64,000 bases of DNA, from NCBI GenBank assembly GCA_050174015.1, contig JBFXKG010000001.1:64001-128000 (forward strand), written 5' to 3'. The position numbers were made by a program, and so were the translations under genes. Every line of letters begins with the position of its first letter. Within the stretch, counting starts at the first letter, position 1. The notes under the pieces are model-generated. The model worked only from the letters and a program-made list of their open reading frames with translations, searched no databases and was not told where the DNA came from. Shown one piece after another: positions 11,048 to 20,991 of this stretch. This DNA comes from Candidatus Krumholzibacteriia bacterium. GTDB taxonomy: Bacteria > Krumholzibacteriota > Krumholzibacteriia > LZORAL124-64-63.

Positions 11048-12241
11048 ATGTCCACGAGTACCCCCCTTCCCGTCTTCCAGCCCGGCCAGCCGGCCGCCGC
11101 CGCCCACGCCGCCCTCCAGCAGGCCGTCCGGGTCATGGACCAGGCGCGCCACTGCGCCGTCCTCTGGTTCGCCGACGTCATGGCGCGCAGTCTGTACCAG
11201 GATCTCGGATTCGCCTCCATCCAGATCTACGCCCGGCAGGAACTGGGCTTTTCGAAGACCAGGACCGGGGATTTCGTCCGCATGGCCCGGAAGCTGGACG
11301 ACCTGCCGCAGATCAAGCAGTCCCTGGAGACCGGGAAGATCGGCTACACCAAGGCCCGCGAGATCATCAAGGTCGCCACACCCGCCACTGAGAAGGCGTG
11401 GGTGGAGGCGGCCTGCACGACCCCGAGGGGCCGGCTGGCTGAGGATGTCGCCAGGGTCCGGGCCCAGGCCACGGTCATGAGGACCTCGCCCGGTCAGGGT
11501 GAACTGATCCCCGCGGCCCCGGCCGAGCGGCGGCTGGCCGCCGCGGTCCCCGTCAAGGTGTCCCTGGAGATGACCCCCGAGCAGTTCGCCCGGTTCGAGG
11601 CCCTCCAGGAGAGGCTGGCCAAGGCGGGGGTCGGCGGGGATCGCATCGAGCGGATTCTCGCCGGGTTGGATGCGTTGCTGGAGGACGCCCAGGCCGACGT
11701 CCAGGTCGGGGCTCAGGCTGGCTCCAAGGTTGGCGGGCAGGCCGACACCGAGGCCGGGGCCTGCGCCTATGCCTCCGCCGGCGCCTCGACCAGCACCACC
11801 GCCGGCACCACCGCCGGCGCCTCCGCCGCCCTCCCCGAGGGGGTCCCCCGGAGGGTCCCCCGGGGGACCTCTTTCCAGGTTCACGTGCGCCAATGCCCCG
11901 ATTGCGGCCGTTTTTCGGCTGCGACCAGCCGGGGGGAGGTGACCTTCGGCCCGGGGGACGCCGGACGCGTGGCCTGCGATTCCCGCAGGGACGATCCCCG
12001 GACCGGCCGCAACACCGCGATCATCCCGCCCCGGGTGCGACGGCGGGTGCTGGCCCGGGACGGCCATCGCTGCCAGGGGCCGGGCTGCACCAATACGCGG
12101 TTCCTGGAGGTGCATCACGTCCAGCCGCGGGCCCGGGGCGGCACGAACAGGCCCGACAACCTGATCACCCTCTGCAGCGCCTGCCACCGGCACGTCCACG
12201 AGAAGGCGCAGGGGACGGCGGCACCCGTGGCGAAGGCGTAG
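11048..12241 (+). CDS. HNH endonuclease with DUF222-like N-terminal region
   Basis: C-terminal RDGHRCQGPGC...LEVHHV...GGTN...NLITLCSACHRHVH; extra CPDC; AGGAGGAG RBS before ATG 11048. Confidence 0.88.
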   Translation: MSTSTPLPVFQPGQPAAAAHAALQQAVRVMDQARHCAVLWFADVMARSLYQDLGFASIQIYARQELGFSKTRTGDFVRMARKLDDLPQIKQSLETGKIGYTKAREIIKVATPATEKAWVEAACTTPRGRLAEDVARVRAQATVMRTSPGQGELIPAAPAERRLAAAVPVKVSLEMTPEQFARFEALQERLAKAGVGGDRIERILAGLDALLEDAQADVQVGAQAGSKVGGQADTEAGACAYASAGASTSTTAGTTAGASAALPEGVPRRVPRGTSFQVHVRQCPDCGRFSAATSRGEVTFGPGDAGRVACDSRRDDPRTGRNTAIIPPRVRRRVLARDGHRCQGPGCTNTRFLEVHHVQPRARGGTNRPDNLITLCSACHRHVHEKAQGTAAPVAKA

Positions 12242-12591
12242 GGATCGCCTTCACCCGAGGGCCGCGCAGCAGGCGCGAACCAAGCTGGATCACGTGGGGA
12301 GGTTCACGATCGAATGCGAAGGCCCTGAAGGCCGAGTCGAAGGGCCACGGGTGGGTGTCGCTGTGGCTGGACCCATGACCGATCGGAATGGAGAGCGTTG
12401 GAACGAGATCGACCCTCCGGATGCAATACCGGAGTCCTGGAGTTCTGCGCGCGGGATGAAGGAATCGCCTGGGGCCGGATTGGATTCCAGCCGCATGGGT
12501 CCGCGGAGTGCCAGGCCTGGGAATTTCCAGGTGGACTCCTGTCAACAAGATCATTGATTTCCGTTCTCCGAAACCCCATCCTATCCCGGCT

Positions 12592-13503
12592 ATGAGCATT
12601 TCCCGGCACATCAAGAAATCCTGGCTGTTCCTGATCCGGCTCCAGCGGGAGATGGGTTACGACGACTGCATGGGAATGGCGGCCCAGATCGCCTTCTACA
12701 CCATGCTGGGTCTGTTCCCCTTCATGATCTTCCTGCTGAGCGTGGTCGGGACCCTGCCCATCGGCGAGACGCTCCAGCCCGAGCTGCTGAAGGCCCTCAA
12801 GGAGCAGATGCCCGATGAGGCCGCCAACTACGTCACCAACACCGTGCTCAGTCTCCTGCCCGAGCGGAACCAGGGCCTGCTGAGCTTCGGTCTGCTGGCT
12901 TCGCTGTGGGGCGCCAGCATGGCCGTCGGGGCGCTCATCACCACCATCAACCGGGCCTACAACATCCACCAGCGCCGGAACATCGTCAGCCAGAAGATCC
13001 TGTCGATCGCGCTGGTGCTGGTGCTGTCCGGCCTGTGGCTGATGGCCATGACCATCATCCTGGTCGGGCCCAAGTACACCCAGCAGATCTTCCAGTTCAT
13101 GGGCATCGCCAGCGAGACCAACACCTTCTGGACCAGCATCCGCCTGCCCATGGCCTTCGGGCTGAACCTCCTGGCCCTCTCCGTCCTGTACTACATCGCC
13201 CCGGAGGCGAAGCAGAAGTTCCGCTGGATCCTGCCCGGAGCTTTGACCGCCACGGTGCTGTGGATGACGGCCTCGCAGGGGTTCCGCTACTTCCTGTCCA
13301 ACTTCGGCAATTACAACACCACCTACGGCTCCCTGGCCGCGGTGGTCATCCTGATGGTCTGGCTGTGGATCTCCGGCCTGGTGTTCCTGCTGGGCGCCGA
13401 GATCAACGCCCTGATGAAACGCATGGAAGTCCTGGATCCGCCCCGCTACGTGAGGCTTCTGCACCGGCCGCGCCCGCAGAACGGGAACGGGGAAGGGACC
13501 TGA
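12592..13503 (+). CDS. YihY/BrkB family membrane protein
   Basis: AAQIAFYTMLGLFP, INRAY and YNTTYGSLAAVVILMVWLW...LLGAEINA motifs; multiple TM helices. Confidence 0.92.
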   Translation: MSISRHIKKSWLFLIRLQREMGYDDCMGMAAQIAFYTMLGLFPFMIFLLSVVGTLPIGETLQPELLKALKEQMPDEAANYVTNTVLSLLPERNQGLLSFGLLASLWGASMAVGALITTINRAYNIHQRRNIVSQKILSIALVLVLSGLWLMAMTIILVGPKYTQQIFQFMGIASETNTFWTSIRLPMAFGLNLLALSVLYYIAPEAKQKFRWILPGALTATVLWMTASQGFRYFLSNFGNYNTTYGSLAAVVILMVWLWISGLVFLLGAEINALMKRMEVLDPPRYVRLLHRPRPQNGNGEGT

Positions 13504-13515
13504 GGGAGAACGTCG

Positions 13516-13953
13516 ATGGGGACCGCCGACCGCATGACCGCGACCTGGACCGGGGGGATGCGCTTCGTCCACCGCTCGGGCACGGGCCACGCCCTGGTCA
13601 CCGACGCGCCCGAGGAACACGGGGGAGGCGGCACCGCGCCCTCGCCCATGGAGCTGCTGATCATGGGCCTGATCGGCTGCACGGGCGTGGACGTGGCCAG
13701 CATCCTGAAGAGGATGCGCCAGCCCCTGGAGGGCCTGGAGGTCTCGGCGACCTGGGAGCGGGCCGAGAACCACCCCAAGGTCTATACCAAGATCCACCTG
13801 ACCTTCGAGCTGACGGGGGACCTGGACCCCGGGAAGGTCGCCCACGCCATCGACCTGTCCGAGAGCACCTTCTGCTCCGCTTCCGCCATGCTGCGGAAGA
13901 CCGCCGAAATCACCAGCGAGTTCCACATCCGGCGGCAGGGCGAGGCGGGATAG
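13516..13953 (+). CDS. OsmC/YhfA family protein
   Basis: PSPMELL.MGLIGC and FCSAS with the two conserved Cys. Confidence 0.9.
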   Translation: MGTADRMTATWTGGMRFVHRSGTGHALVTDAPEEHGGGGTAPSPMELLIMGLIGCTGVDVASILKRMRQPLEGLEVSATWERAENHPKVYTKIHLTFELTGDLDPGKVAHAIDLSESTFCSASAMLRKTAEITSEFHIRRQGEAG

Positions 13954-14079
13954 TCCGGCCCGGGAACCGCGCCGCCCCCGTTGATGAATGCCCGGATTTT
14001 TCCTATCCTGATGCGGGGCCCCGGACGGGGTCCCGTCTCGTCGCCGCCTCGGACTCCCATACCCCACGGGGGATGATTG

Positions 14080-17000
14080 ATGAAACGGTTCGCCGCCGCC
14101 CTGTCCAGCTTGGTTTTGGTGTCCGTGTTGCTGTCCGGCGGTCCGGCCCGGGCTGTGACCATCGAACCGGGCCTGAGCGCCGCCCTGGCGGCCAAGACCT
14201 ATCCCGGCAAGGTTCCCGTCCTGCTGGTGTTCGATGATCCGGCCGCCGCCGGCGACCTGGTGGACGATCTGGACCGGCTGGACGCCGCCGGGAAGCGGGG
14301 CGCCGTCCTTCGAGCGCTCCGGCAGGAGGCCCACGAGGTCCAGCGGAACGTTCTGGCCGAACTGGAGGATCCCCGCTGGGCCGGCCAGGTGGGACGGGTC
14401 CACGCCCTCTACCTGGCGGGGGCGGTGGCCTTCACGGCGACTCCGGCGGTGATCGAAGCCCTTGCCCAGCTGCCCGATGCGGCGGTGATGCACGAGGACC
14501 GGATCTTCAAGCTGACCGACGCGGCCAGGGGGACTGCCGCGCCCGGCCTCGCGAGGAAGTCCGCCGCCGCCGCCGATACGGTCTGGAGCGTGAAGTACAT
14601 CGACGCCGACCGGGTGTGGAACGAGCTGGGCATCACCGGCCAGGGGATCGTGGTGGGGCACATCGACACGGGCATCTACCTGACCCACCCCGATCTGGCG
14701 AACCGGTTGTGGACCAACGAGGGGGAGATCCCGGGCAACGGCATCGACGACGACGCCAACGGCTTCGTGGACGACGTCCACGGCTGGGACTTCGGCGCCG
14801 ACGACAACGACCCCAACGACGATTCCGCCGACCCGGGCCACGGCACCCACACCGCCGGCAGCGTGGTGGGCGACGGCTCGGGGGGCACCCTGACCGGCGT
14901 GGCGCCGGGGGCCCGCGTGATGGGCTGCAAGGTGTGGCAGGACAACGGGCTGGGCGGCAGCCTGGGCATGATCTGGGCCGCCGAGCAGTACTGCGTCGAG
15001 AACGGCGCCCGCATCATCACCATGTCGCTGGGGATTCCCGGCGACATCGCCCCCATCTTCATGCGCAACGAGCGCATCAACTGCAACAACATCCGGGATG
15101 CGGGCGTGCTGCTGGTCAACTCCGCGGGCAACGACCACATCCTGTACGATCCCCCCATCGAGCTGAGCCTGAGCGCCCGCGTACCGGCGCCCTGGAACGC
15201 CTTGCCCGTGCCGTACAGCAGCACCGGCGGGGTCCTGACCGTGGGCGCGACCAACTTCCAGAGCGATTCCATCTACCTGGGTTCGAGCCAGGGCCCCGCG
15301 CACTGGGGGGACGTCGATCCCTGGAACGACTGGGCCTACAATCCCGGCCCCGGGCTGACCAAGCCCGACGTCGTGGCGCCGGGAGCGAACGTCAACTCCC
15401 TGGTCATCCCCAGCGGATACAGCGGCAACACCTGGACGGGCACCTCCATGGCCTGCCCGCACGTGGCCGGGGTGGCCGCGCTGATGCTCGAGAAGAACCC
15501 CTCGCTGTCCCCGGCGGGGCTGGATTCCCTGCTGGAGATGACCGCCCGGGATCTGGGCTTCGCGGGCAAGGACAACGTCTTCGGCTCGGGTCAGATCAAC
15601 GCCTGGGCCGCGGTGAACGCGGTGCCGGCGGGTCTGTCCCCCAACCTCAACTTCGCGGGGATCCTGCCCGACTTCCCCGGCGACATGACCCTCGATCCGG
15701 GCGAGATCAGCCTGGTGGCCTTCCAGCTGCTGAACAGCAGCCCGGGGACCGCTGCGGGAGGGATCTCCGCCACCCTGGGCGTGCTGCCCAACGACCACGT
15801 CACGGTGACCGACGGGGAGGGGACCTTCGGGACCATCGCCGCCGGCGGGGCCATGGGCGACAACCAGAACGATCCCTTCGCCCTGGAAGTCGACGCCGAG
15901 GCGCCCCAGGGTTATCCCTTCACCCTGGTCCTGACCGTCTCCGCGGGGGATTTCGTCCGGACCTTCGACATCCCCTGGTACGTCGGGCTGCCGGAGTTCC
16001 GCACCCACGACGTGGGCCACGTCTACCTGACCGTCACCGACCAGGGGGTCCTGGGCTACATGGGGCAGGACGGCGCCGACGGCGACGGCATGGGCGTCCG
16101 CGGCGGCCTCAGCAACCTGTTCATCGGCTCGTTCTGGGCGGGGACGGGTCCGCAGTACGTCTGCAATCGCGACTACGACGGGCTGGGTGCCGAAACCCAC
16201 GAATGGATGGTGTCGAACAACAAGGACGACAGCGGCCGGGTGCGCGATCTCGGGGCCCTGTCCAGCGACCAGACCTTCCGCGCCGTCTTCCACGACGGGG
16301 GCCACACCAGTCCCATGCCCCTGAAGGTGGAGCAGAATTCCTACGCCTTCTCGGGGTCTCCCAACGAGGATTTCGTCATCCTCAAGTACACCCTGACCAA
16401 CCAGGGCCAGACCCCGGTGACCGGCCTGTATGCGGGGGTCTTCTGCGACTTCGACATCGGGGATTCCGCGACCAACCTGGGCAACACCGACCAGGGTCGG
16501 AACCTGGCCTACATCTTCAGCGGGGTGGGCCCCTTCTTCGGGATCGCCTACCTGGACACGGTCCCGGCGGTCAACCTGTCCCTGGTCAACAACCAGCAAT
16601 ACGTCTATCCGACCAGCCGCATCACCGACGACGACAAGTTCGGATTCCTGAGCGGTTCGCTCCGCACGCCCATCGCCCGGACGGGCGACGACTGGTCGGT
16701 CATGGCTTCGGCGGTGGTCGATCTCCAGCCCGGCGTGCCGCGGGACGTGGTGTTCGCCCTGATCTACGGGGAGACCCTGGCGGACGTGCTGGCCAACACC
16801 GATGCGGCCTTCCTGGCCTACGGGGACGTCCTGGTGCCCACCTTCCTGTCCCTGTTCGACGTGACGTACCAGGACCGCAAGGCGATGGTGACCTGGCAGA
16901 GCCTCATCGACGCCGAGCCCAGCCACTACCGTCTGACCCGGACCCTCGACGGGCAGGAGCAGGACCTGGCCTTCGCCCGCGACGCCGAGGGGGTGTTCGA

Positions 17001-17403
17001 GGCGGTCGACGCGGACCTGCCCACCGACCGGGACGGGACCGCCCTTTACAGCCTCTACCACGGCACCGACGAACTGGACTGGAGGATCCTCGCGCAGCAG
17101 GAGGTCGACTTCAGCGAGGCGCCGCCGATCCGGGCGCACCTGGCCTCCTATCCCAACCCCTTCAATCCGCAGGCGACCATCCGATACGCCGTGGCCGAGG
17201 CCGGCCCCATGGAGCTGGCGGTCTTCAATCTTCGGGGCGAGAAGCTGAGGGTTCTGTTCAGCGGTCACCACGCCGCGGGGGAGGACCAGATCGCCTGGGA
17301 CGGCGCGGACGATCGGGGCAATCCCCTGCCCAGCGGCATCTACCTGTACCGGATGACCACCGCTGCGGGGACTCTCACCCGGAAGATGACCATGGTCCGG
17401 TGA
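14080..17403 (+). CDS. Secreted S8 subtilisin-like serine protease with C-terminal FlgD-Ig domain
   Basis: Signal peptide; catalytic triad motifs IDTG, GHGTHTAG and GTSMACPHVAG; C-terminal SYPNPFNP...WDG.D...SGIYLY. Confidence 0.95.
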   Translation: MKRFAAALSSLVLVSVLLSGGPARAVTIEPGLSAALAAKTYPGKVPVLLVFDDPAAAGDLVDDLDRLDAAGKRGAVLRALRQEAHEVQRNVLAELEDPRWAGQVGRVHALYLAGAVAFTATPAVIEALAQLPDAAVMHEDRIFKLTDAARGTAAPGLARKSAAAADTVWSVKYIDADRVWNELGITGQGIVVGHIDTGIYLTHPDLANRLWTNEGEIPGNGIDDDANGFVDDVHGWDFGADDNDPNDDSADPGHGTHTAGSVVGDGSGGTLTGVAPGARVMGCKVWQDNGLGGSLGMIWAAEQYCVENGARIITMSLGIPGDIAPIFMRNERINCNNIRDAGVLLVNSAGNDHILYDPPIELSLSARVPAPWNALPVPYSSTGGVLTVGATNFQSDSIYLGSSQGPAHWGDVDPWNDWAYNPGPGLTKPDVVAPGANVNSLVIPSGYSGNTWTGTSMACPHVAGVAALMLEKNPSLSPAGLDSLLEMTARDLGFAGKDNVFGSGQINAWAAVNAVPAGLSPNLNFAGILPDFPGDMTLDPGEISLVAFQLLNSSPGTAAGGISATLGVLPNDHVTVTDGEGTFGTIAAGGAMGDNQNDPFALEVDAEAPQGYPFTLVLTVSAGDFVRTFDIPWYVGLPEFRTHDVGHVYLTVTDQGVLGYMGQDGADGDGMGVRGGLSNLFIGSFWAGTGPQYVCNRDYDGLGAETHEWMVSNNKDDSGRVRDLGALSSDQTFRAVFHDGGHTSPMPLKVEQNSYAFSGSPNEDFVILKYTLTNQGQTPVTGLYAGVFCDFDIGDSATNLGNTDQGRNLAYIFSGVGPFFGIAYLDTVPAVNLSLVNNQQYVYPTSRITDDDKFGFLSGSLRTPIARTGDDWSVMASAVVDLQPGVPRDVVFALIYGETLADVLANTDAAFLAYGDVLVPTFLSLFDVTYQDRKAMVTWQSLIDAEPSHYRLTRTLDGQEQDLAFARDAEGVFEAVDADLPTDRDGTALYSLYHGTDELDWRILAQQEVDFSEAPPIRAHLASYPNPFNPQATIRYAVAEAGPMELAVFNLRGEKLRVLFSGHHAAGEDQIAWDGADDRGNPLPSGIYLYRMTTAAGTLTRKMTMVR

Positions 17404-17480
17404 TAGGGCTGGACCGCGGCCGCGAAGGCGATGGCCGCGCCCGGAATCAAATCCGGGATCATCGGCCGTCCCCTCGCCGA

Positions 17481-18530
17481 TCAGAAGTAGCGAGCCTCGA
17501 ACCGAGCCAGCTGGGCCCCGTCACGGTCGTAGAGATGAAGGTGCTGGCCGCTGACCACCCACGATGCGGTCGCCTCCAGCGCGGCCAGATAGGCCTGCTC
17601 GATGTCCCTGCCGTCGGGGCAGGCCATGAGGGTGGAGGCGACGTCCTTGAACGAGATCCTCTCCCCATCCAGGAGGTACGTACCGATGAGGCGGTTGCAG
17701 CCGCTCCATCCGGCCACCTGGCCGCCGTCGACCCGCAGGATGAGGTGGGCTTCCTTCCTACCCTCGGCCACGGTGACGGCCCGACCGGCCACCCGGGTCA
17801 GCTTCCAGTAGGTGTTCAGCAGTTCGGACCGGTGGCCGGGATTGCCGCAGGTTTCGCCCGGCCACATCCCTTCGAACTCCAGGGGGATGACCGTCCAGAC
17901 CGGACCGGGGCCTTCCATGGGGGGACGCAGGGCGATCCGGGCGTTCAGCTCGGTCATCACGCCGGTTTCCGGCCGGTCCTCCAGGGCGAGGAAGGCCTTC
18001 TCCAGCGCCACGTTGTCCCCTTCGAACGCCACGGGAAACCGCCGGCCCGTGCGGCACTCCTGCAGCCACGCCGCATCGGCGTACCAGCGGTACATCCCCT
18101 GAAGTTCCAGGACCGGCTCGAAGGGGGCGAACACGTCATCCCGGGTCAGGTCGTAGTTCAGGGTCGAGACGATGTCGGTCCCCTCGCGGTCGATCAGGCG
18201 CAGGGTGCGGTCGCCGGTGATCCGCCACCGGACAGGCTCATTCCTTCCGTCCAGCAGGGTCAGTTTCCCCTCGCCGTCGAGCCCCGCCCTGCCCAGGGCG
18301 TCGGTCGAGGCTCCCTCTCCGCGTCCGAGGTAGGTGGTCCGCAGGAACCAGGTCGCATCCTCGAGCAGGACCAGGTGATGGGCGATGCCCTCGCAGTCGG
18401 CGCAGGGCAAAACGCCCTGAAAGCTCGCCGGCAGGGGAAAGGGCAGGGAATCGTCGCCCGGGGCCCCGGCCAGGACGGAAAAGGGCGGCAGGACCGCCGC
18501 CAGGACGAGGAGCACCGCGAGGTATTTCAT
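17481..18530 (-). CDS. Exported NlpE-N / NlpE-C(OB) / META(HslJ) multidomain protein
   Basis: GVLPCADCEGI (NlpE N-terminal); GMYRWYADAA..ECRTG (NlpE C-like); GWSGCN...STLMAC (META); ATGA overlap with tag. Confidence 0.85.
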   Translation of the reverse strand: MKYLAVLLVLAAVLPPFSVLAGAPGDDSLPFPLPASFQGVLPCADCEGIAHHLVLLEDATWFLRTTYLGRGEGASTDALGRAGLDGEGKLTLLDGRNEPVRWRITGDRTLRLIDREGTDIVSTLNYDLTRDDVFAPFEPVLELQGMYRWYADAAWLQECRTGRRFPVAFEGDNVALEKAFLALEDRPETGVMTELNARIALRPPMEGPGPVWTVIPLEFEGMWPGETCGNPGHRSELLNTYWKLTRVAGRAVTVAEGRKEAHLILRVDGGQVAGWSGCNRLIGTYLLDGERISFKDVASTLMACPDGRDIEQAYLAALEATASWVVSGQHLHLYDRDGAQLARFEARYF

Positions 18531-19123
18531 GCTTCCGTTTCCTTCTTGAAGCGCATTCCGAGCTCCCTGACCTCGGCGTGGCGGAAGCATCCGGTGGTGT
18601 GGTCGTTCACGACCCCGACGGCCTGCAGGTAGGCGTACACGATGGTCGAACCCACGAACCTGAAGCCGCGCCGCATGAGATCCTTGCTGATCACGTCGGA
18701 AAGCGGGGTGGAGGCCGGGATCCGGGCCAGGGCGGCGTATCTGTTTTGAACCGGGACGCCGCCCACGAAGTTCCACAGGTACCGGGCGAAGGAACCATGC
18801 TCCCGCTGGACATCCAGGAAGGCCATGGCGTTGCCGATCGATGCGGCGACCTTCAGCCGGTTGCGTACGATCCCGGCGTCCTGGAGCAGGCGGGCGGTGT
18901 CCTTTTCGCCGAAGCGGGCCACTTTCTCCGGGTCGAACCCCCGGTAGGCCTTTCGGTAATTCTCCCGTTTCTTCAGGATGGTCAGCCAGTTCAGGCCGGC
19001 CTGGGCGCCCTCGAGGATCAGCATCTCGAACAGGTGACGGTCATCCCGGGAGGGGACGCCCCATTCCTCGTCGTGATAGGCGGTGTACAGGGGATGGTCG
19101 GTGCACCAGGGGCAGCGGGTCAT
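18527..19123 (-). CDS. tag: DNA-3-methyladenine glycosylase I
   Basis: RCPW...YHDEEWG, LEGAQAGLNW and NDH...C zinc ligands. Confidence 0.96.
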   Translation of the reverse strand: MTRCPWCTDHPLYTAYHDEEWGVPSRDDRHLFEMLILEGAQAGLNWLTILKKRENYRKAYRGFDPEKVARFGEKDTARLLQDAGIVRNRLKVAASIGNAMAFLDVQREHGSFARYLWNFVGGVPVQNRYAALARIPASTPLSDVISKDLMRRGFRFVGSTIVYAYLQAVGVVNDHTTGCFRHAEVRELGMRFKKETEA

Positions 19124-19281
19124 GGTGGAACCTCCTTCAAGACCGGCATTTTACCACGACAGGGTCCAGGAGCCAGTCGCCTGTTTCGTGAAAAACTATT
19201 TCAGAACCCAAAAAACATGCCGATACCAGTCAGGAATCCCTTCACTCATCGCCCAACCTGCAAGAGGGATGGTATCGGAAA

Positions 19282-20976
19282 ATGCAGCGGTTCCTGATGA
19301 TCGACGAGGAACGTGCCCAGAGCCGCGCCCGCATGGTGATCTGCTGGCTTTCCCTGGTCGGATTCCTGGGAATGAACTATTTCGAAAGACTCCAGGGACG
19401 GGGCATCCTTTCCTGGGGCCTGGTGACGGTGGTGGGCTACCTGGCCTTCGCCACCGCCTGGTACCTCATGGTGCGGCGGTATCCGGGGAAGGCTCCCTGG
19501 CGCCGCAACATCTCGCTGGTCGCCGACCTGACCATCATGACCGTCTGGTTCCAGATGGGCGGGGGCGAAGTCGCCACCTACTATCCCATCTTCCTGTGGG
19601 TCATCATCGGCAACGGCATCCGCTTCGGGGAGAAGTACCTGCTGCGGGGGATCGTGATCGGGGCCACCGGCTTCGGGTCGGTCCTGGTGGTCAACCCGTA
19701 CTGGCACGCCAATCTCGAGGTGGGCCTGGGCCTGCTGCTGGGCGTGCTCGTCTTGCCCATCTTCTACCAGGGCGCCCTGCGGCGACTGCGCCTGATGAAC
19801 GACCTGAAGGTCGAGCTGGCCAAGTCCCGTCTGGCCGAAAAAGCCAAGGACCGGTTCCTGGCGACGATGAGCCACGAGCTGCGAACCCCCCTGAACGGGG
19901 TGCTGGGCATGGCCGAATCCCTGCGCGCCTCGGACCTCGACCGGGACCAGCGGACCCAGCTGGACATCATGTCCAGGTCGGTGGAGGCCCTGCTGCACAC
20001 CATCAGCGACATCCTCGACTATTCCGGCCTTGCGGGCGACGAGGTGGACCTCACGACGCAGGAGTTCGACCTGCGGGCCGTGGTCAGCGACGTCGAGTGC
20101 CTGCTGCGGACCCCGGCGGAGGAGCGGGGTCTCGATCTCGAGCTGGATTACCCCGAGGGCCAGGAGCAGTTCTTCAAGGGGGATTCCGCCCGCATCCGGC
20201 AGGTGGTGTTCCACGTGACGGCCAACGCGGTGAAGTTCACGGAGAAGGGCGGGGTCAGGCTCGCGGTCCGCACCTACCGGAAGGGTGAGAGTCACCAGGT
20301 CCGGCTGACGGTCGAGGACACCGGCATCGGCATCCCCGCCGATCGCCTGGAAGCGGTCCTCAAGGGATTCCAGCAGGTGGACAACAGCACGACCCGGAAG
20401 AACGACGGGGTGGGCCTGGGCCTGGGCCTGACCAAGCGGCTGGTCGATCTGATGGGGGGCGACCTGGAGGTCAAGTCCCGGGTCGGCAAGGGGACCACGG
20501 TCACGGTGACCCTGACCCTCGAGGAGGGGAGCGTCCCCGTGCCGGTGCGCAACGAAAGCTCCGGCAGCCTGCGGTCCTTCGGCATCACCGGGCTGGTGGT
20601 CGAGGACAACAAGTTCAACCAGGCGGTGCTGGTCAGGCTCCTGAAGATGATCGGCATCGATTCGGAAGTGGCCGCCAACGGCGCCGAGGCCCTGGAAAAG
20701 CTGGAGCGGGGCGCCTTCGACATCATCTTCATGGACGTACGCATGCCGGTCATGAACGGCTACGACGCCACCCTCCGCATCCGGCAGCGCGAGGCCGGCG
20801 AGAACCACATCCCCATCATCGCGGTGACCGCCGACGTGACCCGGAACGTGGAGCAGCGGTGCCGGAACGTGGGCATGGACGCCTTCCTGGACAAGCCCGT
20901 CACGGTGAACAAGCTGGTGGCGGCCATCGAAGGGGTGGGCGCGGCCTGCAACCCGAGGGAAGGGGCGAGAGTCTGA
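19282..20976 (+). CDS. RpfC-like membrane hybrid sensor histidine kinase (TM input + HisKA + HATPase + REC, no HPt)
   Basis: About five TM segments including LWVIIGNGIRFG (RpfC-like); FLATMSHELRTPLNG H-box; DTGIG and GLGL boxes; C-terminal REC with FMDVRMP. Confidence 0.88.
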   Translation: MQRFLMIDEERAQSRARMVICWLSLVGFLGMNYFERLQGRGILSWGLVTVVGYLAFATAWYLMVRRYPGKAPWRRNISLVADLTIMTVWFQMGGGEVATYYPIFLWVIIGNGIRFGEKYLLRGIVIGATGFGSVLVVNPYWHANLEVGLGLLLGVLVLPIFYQGALRRLRLMNDLKVELAKSRLAEKAKDRFLATMSHELRTPLNGVLGMAESLRASDLDRDQRTQLDIMSRSVEALLHTISDILDYSGLAGDEVDLTTQEFDLRAVVSDVECLLRTPAEERGLDLELDYPEGQEQFFKGDSARIRQVVFHVTANAVKFTEKGGVRLAVRTYRKGESHQVRLTVEDTGIGIPADRLEAVLKGFQQVDNSTTRKNDGVGLGLGLTKRLVDLMGGDLEVKSRVGKGTTVTVTLTLEEGSVPVPVRNESSGSLRSFGITGLVVEDNKFNQAVLVRLLKMIGIDSEVAANGAEALEKLERGAFDIIFMDVRMPVMNGYDATLRIRQREAGENHIPIIAVTADVTRNVEQRCRNVGMDAFLDKPVTVNKLVAAIEGVGAACNPREGARV

Positions 20977-20991
20977 CCCGACCGGGGTGGG

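Noticed and set aside
11048..12241. HNH protein considered as an IscB/Cas9-like RNA-guided nuclease
   Set aside because: No PLMP motif or split RuvC motifs; the HNH is C-terminal as in DUF222-type proteins.
13501..13518. YihY TGA stop is in frame with the downstream OsmC ATG (possible readthrough or Sec fusion)
   Set aside because: No Cys-motif context and no evident SECIS-like hairpin at the right spacing; OsmC has its own GAGGGAG RBS and both proteins are complete.
12304..18632. Very long alternative-frame ORFs (1655 aa minus, 1338 aa plus) and many similar ones elsewhere
   Set aside because: Shadow ORFs caused by high GC3 in real genes; Arg/Gly/Pro-rich or antisense-patterned with no domain motifs.
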